Source of the DNA: Octopus vulgaris
Lineage: Eukaryota
Direction of reading: 5' to 3'
Length of the DNA stretch: 64,000 nt
Assembly (NCBI GenBank): GCA_951406725.2
Contig: OX597814.1
Coordinates: forward strand, 203,794,001-203,858,000
In this document: in pieces, positions 37,675-49,703 of the stretch
Layout: every line of letters begins with the position of its first letter
Position numbering within the stretch: position 1 is the stretch's first letter
Made by a program: the position numbers and the translations under genes
Notes under the pieces: model-generated
Told to the model about the DNA's origin: nothing
The model's database searches: none
What the model saw: the letters and a program-made list of their open reading frames with translations, nothing else

Positions 37675-37896
37675 CCCTTTTGATAGCAACCCGGCTGAAA
37701 CCACCTCTGGCTCTGTCGTACAAATGTCTTGTCTTCAAAAGTTCTGAATTAAGATCTTCCACTAAACCTTAGTTACAATTTATGTTCCTAACACTAGCTT
37801 AATGATACCTAAGTTATTTTACTAAATTCTTTGTTATATTCAAAATTAATTGAAAGAAACACAGAACATCTCAACAGAAATATGGTGACAAAAAGG
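37675..37896 (+). mobile_element. piggyBac-type MITE
   Basis: TTAA|CCCTTTTGATAGC...AAAAGG|TTAA. More decayed copies at ~4217, ~35370, ~40752, ~47057 and ~59574. Confidence 0.85.
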
Positions 37897-38759
37897 TTAA
37901 GCTTGCCAATAAACAGGATAGAATTGAGGTTGGTGACAGAATGGGACATGACAAAATGGGCAAAATTTTGTGGAAATAGTTTAGCTATCTGAACTTGGCA
38001 GCTGGTTGTAAACATTAAGAAGAGGTCAAAGGGCAAATTGATACAATGAAGTGTAGGGGTGAGTTAAAGATAACTGAGATATAACATGATTAGGAGTGGG
38101 GGAATTAAAAAGAAATACAAAGAGAGTGAAGGACAAGTCAGAAAAAGAAAAGGAAAACTGTTTTAGAAGGGCCATGAAATAGTAAATGTGAAATGGATAT
38201 AAAAGGGTTAAGATTTTATTCTGTAGCAAATGTAATAATGGAAACTAATGTTGTAAGGAGAATATATTCATTATGTACTGCTACTTTTAAGTGGTGAGAT
38301 TTGCAGAAGCTAATGGCAACAGAGCTGCTGAGAGGGAGAAGGTGGGGTGGGGGTTAGTCAGTCAGACAGTTGTGAAAGATTGAGTCAATGAAATCACCAT
38401 CATCGTCATTTAACGTTTGTTTTCCATGCTGACATGGATTGGATGGTTTCACAGCAGCTGGAAAAGCCAGAGAACTGCATTAGGTATTAATTGTCTGTTT
38501 TGGCACAATTTCCACAGTCCGATCCTCTTCTCAACATCAACCTCTTTACAGAGTGTACAGGGTGCTTTTCACATGGCACTAGCACAGGTGCTTTTTACAG
38601 GTCCTTGTAAACTTGCTATTAATTGATAATTTCATAATTGTACTGGTCATCAAATATACTTTAATGACTTTTTATTAAATTTACTTTAAAGACTACTTTG
38701 AACTTATGGTATGTTATTAGCCTCATGCATGCATGTATACATGTACCTTTTTTTATCTC

Positions 38760-38957
38760 ATCTTTTACTTTGTTTAAGTCATTAGACTGTGGCCATACTG
38801 GGGCACCACCTTGAACTTTCAGTTGAATGAATTGACCCCAGTACTTTTTTAAGCCTGGTACTTATTCTATCATTCACTTTTGCTGAATCACTAAGTTACG
38901 AGGATGTAAACATATCAACACTAGTTGTCAAGCAGTGGGGGGTGGGTAAGACAAACA

Positions 38958-39001
<44 letters not shown>

Positions 39002-39170
39002 CAGACAATGTGCTTCTTTCAGTTTCCATCTATCAAATCCACTCACAAGGCTTTGGTTGGCCCAAAGCTATAGTAGTGAAACACTTGCCCAAAGTGCCAT
39101 GCAGTGGGACTGAACCCAGAACAATGTGGTTGAGAAGTAATCATCTTACCACACGGCGACACCTGTGCCT
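38760..39170 (-). mobile_element. SINE family A copy
   Basis: Similarity to 976-1342. Confidence 0.8.
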
Positions 39171-39849
39171 ACTTCATTACACACACACACCCAAGTTTCC
39201 ATCTGCCAAATTCCACCCACAAAATATTAGTCAACTTGAGTGTCTTCTAGGTTCTGTCCATATTTTAATAGCCACAGTCATTGTTTGATGAGTGGTAGAT
39301 GATGAGGTGAAGTAAATAAACAGGGTTTTGTCAATTAGATGATTTACTAGATCAGCGAGAGTACAAAACTGTAATTATTATATGACAATTTAAATAATGT
39401 AAGGAGGAGATGCGGTAATTAGGCTGGGAATTAACGATTCTATGATAATAGACACAGTAATGGTTCTTATTGAGGAGGCTGGTTTTAAGGTCTGGAATGT
39501 TTTGAGAATATCTGGGAATTTTTGTCAAATGTACGACCAAAGGCATTCCAGTACAGGCAGTTGAGTGGGTGGTGGGTATTTAAGACTACAGTATTCTCTG
39601 TGAGTGGCCACTTTTCCTAAAAAAATGTGAGTGAAATTTAAAGGAAATTTGGCACCTATTTCTACCAGGTTGGATAACTACATAGTGATTCCCTCATTGA
39701 TCAGAGTTGGAATTTGAGTAACCAGATGATAATATAAATCAAATATTTTTAGGATGGCAAATATTTTTACTTTCAAATTAGTTTTGTGGCTGTTTAGTCT
39801 CAGGTCAACCCTGACTGAGTTCACTTAAGTTTAAAGGAATTCCAACTGT

Positions 39850-40398
39850 GACATGGTTCCTAATGCCAACCACTCCACAGAGTGTACTGGGTACTTTTTA
39901 TGTGACACCAGCATCGGTATCAATTCTGCTGTGGTGTGCAGGTCTTCTTGAATATAGCAATGTGCCAGATATCTCAGTCCTTGGTCATCTTCTTTGTAAA
40001 ACTCAGTGTCTTGAGATCAGCCTTCAATTCTTCATCCCCTGTCTTTCTGGGTCTCCCTCTTCCACAAGTACCGTCCACTTTAAGTAATTGGCACTTCTGT
40101 ATGCAAGTGTCTACATCCGTATGCATCACACAAACCAGTGCAGTCTTTTCCCTTGCACACCACACCTAATTCTGCTTATGTCCAACTTCTCCTGCCATAC
40201 ACTAGTACTCTGTTGCATATGTACACTGACACTGCTCATCCAGCAGAGCATACCAGCTTCATTCCTCTCAAGCCGTCACATGTCTTCTGCATTCAAAACC
40301 CATGTCTCACTACCATGTAGCATTGCTGTTCATATACGTGCATCATACAATCTTCCTTTCACTCAGAGAAAGAGACTTTTGGTGGCCAACAGAGGTAA
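39850..40398 (-). mobile_element. RTE LINE 3' fragment
   Basis: QKCQLLKVDGTCGRGRPRKT motif; same family as 21548. Confidence 0.8.
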
Positions 40399-42089
40399 AA
40401 GTTCTAATATTTTTTCCATCCTATTCTTATATTCTAGCAGTTATTCATACTTTCCATATAAAAAAAAAAAAAAGAAAAAAGAACAAATGTACAAAAATTA
40501 CTCTCCCCCCCCCCCCCCCGTTTCTTTTTACCAAATTCCACTCATAAGACATAGGACAGACCTGAAAACACATGGTTACCAAATGAGTTCCTTAATCACA
40601 CAGCCAGGAATCAAAACCACATCTGAACTTTAGAAGTTATACAATATCAAGAAATACCAATGACAAACATCAGCAGATGAATTAATTATATCACCAAAGT
40701 GGGTGAGTTATTAGATTTCTTAATGAAGAAACAGATTAAGTTGAATAACCATTAACCCTTTCAATACCAAATCTGCCTGAGACCACCACCCCTTGTTCAT
40801 TGATATAAAACTGTCTATGTTAAAGTGTTTATATTTAAATCAAGTTCCAAACATCAGCTTCGTCATGAAAAAAATTAATTATTCCAAATTCTTGATTAAT
40901 TCCAAAATTAATTGAAACACACAACCAATGCATTTAATTAGAAACATAATCAGGACAGTGTTAAATGTTATTCTTTGATTCCAGCAGTCTTATGTCAGTC
41001 GCTGTGAGACTGCTTGCATGGTGATTACAATTCCTTGGCTGGGAGAGAGAGGTGGGGGATGGAAAAATAGACCATGTTAGTCAATCTTTTGATCTTTTAT
41101 TGATTTCATTTACATCAAGTCCCAATACTTTTATTTCACTGACCTAAGGAAGATAAAAGACCTGTAGATCTAGCTGGGATCTGAATTCACAAGATGGAGC
41201 AATGCTCAACCATTTTTCTGCCATCTACCCATGAAATATTACTCAGGTGGTTGGACATTATTACTACAATCACAACTATTACAATTACTACTACTACTAC
41301 CACCAACAACAACAACACCATCACTATACAACAATCTAAATCAACATTGAGTTTAACATTGATATGTTTTAGTCTATCGGAGATGCAGACATGGATGTGT
41401 GGTAAAAAAATTTGCTTTCTGATCATGTGGTGTTGGGTTCAATCCCACAATGAGCTACCTTGGGCAAGTGTTTTCTGCAATAACACCAAAGCTTTGTGAA
41501 TTGATTCAGTAGAGAGAAACTGAAAGAAGCCCAGTGGGTGTGTATGGGTGTGTATTTTAATTTACACTTCTCTGAAAATTGGTGAGCTACAGGTAGTGAA
41601 GTTGTCAACCGATCATCCATGCATCTGGCTGTAAAATAATGTCTCAATTCTAAATTTGTTTGAGCCTTGTTAGCATGGAAAAAAAAATGAATGGAAAATG
41701 GGAAAGAGCTGAAAGGTCAATGTTAGTATTTTTCCAGTCAGCCTTATTTTATTTCAGTTGTTATATGAGGACAAGCAATATAGTTTTGTTTTAACTCTTC
41801 TGTTACCATACACCTGTCTGTTGAAAAACACTTCTTATATCATACTCTCCCACCCCAACCTTTCATATATCCTACAATAATAACAATTTCTTGACTTCCT
41901 CTACTTATGGCTGAATAGTTAAGTTCCCTTCAAAACCATGAAGATTGGTTTTGACTCCACAGCATGGCTTCTTAGGCAACTGTCACTTTCTATAGCCTAA
42001 GATCAACCCATAACTTGTGAATAAAATTAATAAAATTGAGTAGTGAAAAACTGTACAGAAGCCTGTCAGATGAATTATATCTTGAGCGA

Positions 42090-42530
42090 AAATCCTTTTT
42101 TTTTTATATCCTCAGGGTGACCCTTATTTTGCAAGTGAAACAGAATAAATGGCAACCGTACAAAAGCACATTGTACCGACTCTCCTTGTAATACTGGAAT
42201 TCGTTAAACAAATAGTGAGCTCTTCTGTAGCAAGACAACACATGACCCCATAACACTCGAATGACCCTGATTAAATTCTGGGGAACTTAAGGGAATCAAA
42301 CTGATTCCACAACCAGCATGTAGTCCAAACTTAGCTCCCTCAGATTATTACTTGTTCTGATCCTTGGCTCACTTCCTGCACTTGCAACATTTCATTAACG
42401 AAGAGGAGGTGGTAGCATCAGTGAAGGAATTCTTTCCCTCAAAGAACAAGAATTGTTATTAGTGTGGGGGATCAAAGAACTGGCTGAAAGGTAGCTTCAG
42501 ATGGTGCAACACGATGACCTCTACTAGGAA
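42090..42530 (+). mobile_element. Decayed mariner transposase C-terminal half
   Basis: QDNT*PH...QPACSPNLAPSDYYLF*SL...EEVVASVKEFF...GIKELAER; matches the YSPDLAPSDY motif. Confidence 0.8.
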
Positions 42531-43819
42531 TGCTAGGATGCTTTTGTTGAAACTTGAAAACAGCAAATAAGTAAGCAAAATATTGCAAAACTTTTGACTC
42601 AATACAATAAAAGTTACTGCCTCGTTACACACTGTGTCACGCTGATTCTGCTTGAGGGGTACATTAAGAGTACATGTACTTGTGGAATGCTCAGCCACTT
42701 ACACAACCGAATTCAATGAGCAGATGATCAAATAACTGAATCCTCCTCATCAAAACCAGTGAAGATGCAGCCACATTTTCAGACAACTTCAAACACCAAC
42801 TGCATTACTTAGGTAAAAGAAATCTATTTACTTTGTTTAGTGAACCATATCAGAAGTTCCGGACTTTATTTCTAGAGTACCCCTACAGCTAACAACTCCT
42901 GTCTATTTAGTGCAGTTCAGGTTTCTTGACAGCATGCCAGAGATTCCTCGACACCTTCTCTGTGCCAATAGCTTACTCTCAGCACTTAATATCGAGTTTC
43001 AACCAATAACTTTCCTACACATTGACTAAAGCCATTTCTCAATAATACTGAAATTTCCTGCTTCGTTGTAATTAGTTTTCAGCCACTGTCATGTTAACCT
43101 TTAGCTCTGTTGATATTTTTAGCATTCTTCAAAGTTTACAACATTTTCTACATCTCTTCTGTACACTCTACAAAGAGTTCTGGATCAACAGAAAAGAATG
43201 ACGTCCAAAGATATCCAGTTATGAAATGTCATTAGGTTGACGTTAGATCACTGTTGAACACCAGTTTATTCTGTTAATTATAAGCAGTCGTTTATTGTAA
43301 TGAAGATTTACTTTAAAAGAAGAAGTACAGTACTCAAAATTATGATGCACTGCAACGAAGTTTGAGTCAATAATCAATAGATAAGCATTATACCAGTTTT
43401 CCTATTTAGCAATTAAATGTCATAATTTCTGAATACCCAACATGATTAGAACTGAAGACACATTATCACATCCTTGGGACATAAGTAATGTATGTGTAAA
43501 GTTTGGTGAAAATTGCTTGAGAATTGTGGAAATGTGTTAATATATACACACATACTGTGATTTATATATACTAGATGTATCTCTTATTTTACAGTAAGAC
43601 ACATGTTCCTGTCCCCCTTTCCTATTTTTTAGCCTTTCTACACCTTTGCACAAAGTCACCTCTCACTGAATTCCCACTCTGTCAAGGGGTCATCTCTTGC
43701 AAGTTACTTAGTGACCCCACAAGTGTTGTAGCCAGGAAAATAACCACTTGGGACATCAAGCCATAGAAACCTTGCCAAAGCAGGCAGAAACTAAACGCAG
43801 CCCTCAGACTGTAAGTGAT

Positions 43820-44530
43820 GAAGGGCCTCTCAGAATGAAATGCAAATTGTATGATACTTGTGCTATGCAACATGGCAGTGAAACATGGGCTGTGACTGCA
43901 GAGGACATGCAAAGGCTGCTTGAAAGAAATGAAACCATTATGCACTGGTGGATGGATAATGTTAGTGTGCATATACAACAAAGTGTAAGGGATTTGAGAG
44001 AAAAACTGGGAATAAAAGACACCAGATGAAGTGTACAAGAGACAAGACTGCTTTGATATGGTCACATAATGTGTATGAATGAAAACAGTTGCATCAAAAG
44101 GTACCAATCTCTAATTGTGGAGGAAGCATGTGGAAGGGGTAGACCCAGGAAGACATGGGACAAAGTGGTGAGAAAGGATCTTCAGATGTTGGACCTCACA
44201 GAGGGGATGACAAGGGACCAAGACTCCTGGCAGTTTGCTGTGCTTGAGATGATACACCAAGCTAAATTAAAGCATAGTTGTCCCCTGCAGTTCTCTCCAG
44301 CTGAGCACCCTTAATCTTGCAGACTCATGGGTGTTGGTGCCACATAAACACACCTGTGCCCAGTGTTGCATAAAAGTACCCAGTACATTCTGCAAAGTGG
44401 TTGGTGTTAGGAAGGGTATCCAGCCATAGAAACCATGCCAAAGCAAATATGGAGCCTAGGCCAGCTAGTCAGCTCCTGTCAAACCATCCAACCCATACCA
44501 GCATGGAAAATGGATGTTAAATGATGATGA
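43820..44530 (+). mobile_element. RTE LINE 3' end, ORF contiguous with the (GAT)n-tailed 3'UTR
   Basis: HGSETWAVTAEDM...CGRGRPRKTWDKVV, followed by ...GTTAGGAAGGG.ATCCAGC...CAGCATGGAAAATGGATGTTAAATGATGATG. Confidence 0.85.
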
Positions 44531-45652
44531 TATATATATTTATCCTGTTTATCTTTATTAGGCTGAAATTTAAGTTTCTTAATGTTACTTAAATTTTTTT
44601 TTTTTTTTTTCTTCAAAGATTTCAAACAAAAAACTGTTGCACCTTACAAGTAACATCGGAATTCATCATACAAACAAGTAAAATCCTTCACATTCTGACT
44701 AAAAGACCCGAAAGATTTCTTCAAATATTTCAGAGAATTAACAGGGAGTAATACACATACAAGGCATAATACATCAGAGAATTATGGATACAGAAAAAGA
44801 GATGAAAATAATGACCCCCACCACCTAAATAGAAACATCTTTTTAAAAATCAAATAAACAAATAGATATACCAATCAACTCGTTTCAGAATCAGATCATT
44901 AAGAAATGATAATAATGATGACTATGATGGAAGCAGTGAGAATGAACCAAAAATATTAGCTCCCACGTCTTTTATTGATTATAACTAATTGATTATAACT
45001 GGTTCTTTCAACTTCAGTCATTTGGTTTTGTAAATGGCTATGTTTCCAACAAAATACATATATATTTTATATGAAAGAAACAAGCAAAAATATTGGGAAA
45101 GATAAACAAATTGCTGAAATCTTTGATTATTGGGGCAAGAAACACTGTCACTTTATAGAACACAGTATGTCAACCATAAATTATTTCTCAAGATTATAAA
45201 ATGAAAGCACAAATGAAAAAATGTCTCTAGTTTGTGACTGGTTGGTGGTCAGAGTCTAATTAAAAAAAAAAAATCATTCATAAATCAATAACCAACACTT
45301 ATTCAGATTATTAATGCCAATCTTCACACCTGGTCAAAGGACTGGAAACTTCATGTGTTTTACTCATAACCTATTCTAGTAAACATTTCATCCCACTGAA
45401 AAAATAATGTGTATTACCCTCCCCCTGTCATTATCAATTATTGTTTATTTTACAAGTTTTCTATATATTATGCATGCTACAATAATCATCTGCTTTGATA
45501 GTACTGAACTTTTATATTGATTATTTTATCAACGATGACAAATTTTTGTTTCTTTGAAATCTAGGTAAATTTCACTACATTTTATAGAACAACATGCCAA
45601 CTTCAGATAAATTTAATGAATGTGACAGCATATACATATACACTACGCATAT

Positions 45653-45704
<52 letters not shown>

Positions 45705-46278
45705 ATATATACACACACATTAGTATTTGCTTTTATGTTGAGAGATGATAAAAACAATTCAACTGAAGAATTACTCAATACTTTTTGTAGAGTACATATT
45801 TATTATACTTTTACAAGGAAAGAATTGAAAGTGACTTCGAAATTGTGACCTACTAGCCTTTGTCAGACAACACACACACACACAACTAGAATACTGTAAA
45901 GTGTAAGCAACAGATATGGTTACTGAACTTGATGTATAATGTCCTTTGAGCAATCTTTACTATTTTTCTAATGCTAAGTCTCTCTCTATTTTTATTAGCA
46001 ACAGTTATTAAATACATTTTTGTTAATGAGTGTAAAGTACCCAAATTATTAAGAATATCCCATCTCCAACTTCTTTGTTTAGTTGTCACTAAAAATCCAA
46101 TATTATATAAGTACATAGCTAGAAAACTATGATGGCTGGAAAAGAGGGACAAATGAAACCCTTAATGGCTGGCATCTATCTATCAGCTCAAAGAATCGGG
46201 GAGAAAATTTGGGAAATGTAGGGCACTCAGTGAGCCTCGGATATACTGAAGACAAACTGAAGGTGGGGGGGGTCTTAT

Positions 46279-46645
46279 ATACAGATGGCAATAAGGTCAT
46301 ACATACAGATCTGATGACAAAGTTTTGCATATAGCTAACAAGGTATTATCTACATATTGATGACAATGTATAACATCCAAATGACAAGATTATCACAGAG
46401 ATGAAAATAATACATTATATACAGATGACAAAGTATTCAGCATGATAATGTATTGCATACATGATTACAGCTGACAACAGGGTATCACAAAGGACATAGA
46501 GATAGCTACAATGTATAACAAATAACAGGGTAATCACATACAAACTGCCAATGTTTACAAAGACACAACAAGGTATTACACAGCCACAAGGTTATTACAT
46601 ACAGATGGAGACAAGGTATTACATACAAATGATAAAGTATTACAA
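46279..46645. repeat. Degenerate minisatellite, ~21-26-bp unit (ACATACAGATGACAAGGTATT-like)
   Basis: More than ten diverged copies are visible. Confidence 0.7.
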
Positions 46646-47630
46646 GTGGCACCCAATCAAATGTCAACATAGATCAGTTATGGAAGCATAAACTTTAGCC
46701 ATAATAGCTTTAAAAAAAAATTCAAAAGGATGTATTGTAAGTACAAAATGCAAGTGTTGACTCAAAAGTTATATTTTGAAGAAAAAAAAAAACAAAGAAA
46801 AAACTCAAAGCCAGAATAAGAATAAAATTCTTGACACTATAATCCAGATAGCAACAAGAATAAATATAGATAGTATCTATTTTAGCTGTATTGTATATTG
46901 TTCTGCTCACATACTTTCTAATAGCTGATTACGAATATAGATATGAGGGCTCTGCTATTTTTATGAAAATTACCAATTTATCAAAAGACTTTATGTTTAG
47001 TTCTTCCTATCTTTATATTAGTTTTCAAAATTTAATTTTCATTCACTAAATATTCTTTAACCCTTTTGTTACTGTATTTATGCTGAAAAACACCGTCTTT
47101 TAATTAATTTCTAAAATAATAACCAATATAATAAAATAAGTTTGGTATTTATTTAGCTGATGTCTGAAACAAATTTTTATTACTATCATCATTTTAATAT
47201 CTACTTTACCACGCTTGCATGGGAAAGTAGGCATTAAAACAGAATTTATTGAGCCTGATTTTCTGTAACCAAGGTACTGTTTCTATTGCCAAATCTCACC
47301 TGTTCCCAAAGAAGGAAATATTTCCCCCTTTGCCAGAAATGGTTTTCACAGAAGACTGGAAATAAACAACATCACTTCCAAGTCAATGGACACTCACTAA
47401 TAACCACTATATGATGTCAAGAAAAAGGTACAGAAAAATATACACAACAAGTTCTTTCAGTTTCTGCCTACCAAATCTGTTCACAAGGTTTTGGTCAACT
47501 TGAAGTTATTGTAGGAGACACTTGCCTAAGGTGCAACACTGTGAGACTGAACCTAAAATCACATGTCTGAGAAGCAAACTTCTTAACCACACAGCCATAT
47601 CTGTGCTTAAACACGATCTTCCCAACCGAG

Positions 47631-47749
47631 GTTTATGGCCATATTATGCTAAATGCACCATCTGTCATCTGATCACCATAGTTAAGTAGTGTTGAGCCTA
47701 GTTAGTACTTTGGGGACCAACTGCTTGGGAAACCTACGAGTGGTAGCAA
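47631..47749 (+). pseudogene. 5S rRNA pseudogene (or 5S-derived SINE head)
   Basis: GTTTATGGCCATA...GATC....AGTTAAGTAG...GAGCCTAGTTAGTACTT.GG...CTGCTTGGGAA aligns by eye to metazoan 5S (box A AGTTAAGC, GGTTAGTACTTGGA) with many substitutions and no oligo-T terminator. Confidence 0.8.
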
Positions 47750-47811
47750 AACCATTGTGAAACATAAATTAGCATCAAAAAATTTCAATGGGAAGTTTTG
47801 ATTTATCTTAA

Positions 47812-48206
47812 CTTTTATGTGTTTCAGTCAAGACTGAGGCCATGTTGGGGCACCGCCTTGAAGAATTCTTAATCAAATGAACTAGCCCCAGTACTTTTTC
47901 TTTTAAGCATAATATATATTCTATCAGTCTCTTTTGCCAAACCACTAAGTTACAGGGATGTAACTTCATCAACACCAGTTGTTGAGCAGTGGTGGAGAAC
48001 ACACATGCATGCATGCACACACGCACACACACACACACACACACTTACACATATAATGGGTTTTTTTCAGTTTCTGTTTACCAAATCCACTCACAAGGTT
48101 TTGGTCAGCCCCAGGCTGTAGAAGACACTTCCTGAAGGTGCCATGCAGTGGGATTGAACCTGCAACCATGTGCTTGGTAAGCAAACTTCTCACTACACAG
48201 CCATGC
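47812..48206 (-). mobile_element. SINE family A copy
   Basis: Similarity to 976-1342. Confidence 0.8.
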
Positions 48207-49069
48207 TGAAGTTTGTACCATAAAACAGAGAGGTCTCAAGTAGATTGGTAACAAAACTTGTCTGGCTAGGATCAAACCATTGATTAGAACAACTCATTAT
48301 CTGCAGCATTCTTTAGTTTGTCCACAATCCTTTTTTTTACCTGAAATTGTCTTCAGCTTCCTCTTCAATATTTGGAACACTGGGATATTTGAAATTTCCA
48401 GAGAAGTCAGGATTTAGTCTAGAATATAACAAACTGTTGCTGACACCCAAATCACAACACCCACTTCAATGTCTGGTTGTTCTTGTCATGCCCAGAAGTT
48501 GTGAATTAATTTAATATTGAAATATAATATGTTTATAATATAAGAACACAGTGCAATGAAGTGTCTATGATAAATGGAGGTTAACTGGAATTCTGTGGCT
48601 GTCTCAAGGGAGAGATTATTAGTTATGTTGATGGTTGAACATGAGATGAATAATCATGGAATCAAATATATTTGATCTCTTTAGTATTGTAATTCTGCTA
48701 GAAAGATGCAAGGTGAACTGAAATACACAAATTTATATAATATACACAGACACACACACATTGTAATTCTGGTCAGCCATGGCATGATCAATAACAAGTT
48801 TTATATATATGGAGAGAGAGAGAGAGAGAGAGAGATACACACATATAAATAGAAAGGCACAAAAGTGATTCAAGAACAGAGCTTATGCATACCAATTATC
48901 AAACTATCTTAGAAACTAAGTGTTCATCTCTTATATAGTGTGAATTAGAATTCTTTCTGGAATGTTCAATTATATGTACATGCATGCACACACACACACA
49001 CACATTATAGTATTATGGTTTTCATAAAGCCTTTTCTGATATACAAAGGATTTTATTATCTTTCTCTTT

Positions 49070-49460
49070 AATGCCAGTGCTGGTGGCACGTAAAAAGCAT
49101 CATTTGAGCATGGTCCATGCCAGTGTCGCCTGATTGGCTCCCATGCCAGTGACATGTAAAAAGCACCAGTCAAGCATGGTCAATACCAGCGCAGCCTGAC
49201 TGACTCCCATGCCGGCGGGACATAAAAAGCGCCATTCAAGCGCGGTTGATGCCAGTGCCGCCTGATTGAGCCGCCATGCCGGTGACATGTAAAAAGCAAC
49301 CACTATACTCTCGGAGTAGTTGGTGTTAGGAAGGGCATCCAGCTGTAGAAACCTTACCAGATCAGATTGGAGCCTGGTGCAGCCTCCTGGCTTGTCAGTC
49401 CTCAGTCAAACAGTCCAACCCATGCCAGCATGGGATGCAGACGTTAAACAATGATGATGA
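49070..49460 (+). mobile_element. RTE-3'UTR-derived repeat with ~66-bp internal tandem units
   Basis: Three to four units of gccagtg...catgccggtgacatgtaaaaagca, then a (GAT)n tail. Confidence 0.8.
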
Positions 49461-49703
49461 TAAAGCTAAAGCAATGCAAGTCATAAAAAAAATTTAATAA
49501 AACAGGCCACTGGTCAGTACTTTTACCAAATATTTCAATATTTCAGCTGACTTCCCGGAGATGTCAGCTGACAATACCATTACTTTATAGATTTCCTGAA
49601 GGAGGTGTTCCTAAGCCTGAAATATTGAAACACTAGGTAAAAGTACAAACCATTGACTTGTATTATTTATTTTTCTTTTATAACTTGTATTGTTTTAGCT
49701 TTA
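49461..49703. mobile_element. Palindromic insert with a hammerhead-like motif at 49591-49631 (+)
   Basis: Arms taaagctaaagcaat...tatttcag / ctgaaatatt...tttagcttta. Motif UUUC-CUGAAGG-AGGU(GUUCCUAA)GCCU-GAAA-UAUU-GAAA. Confidence 0.6.
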
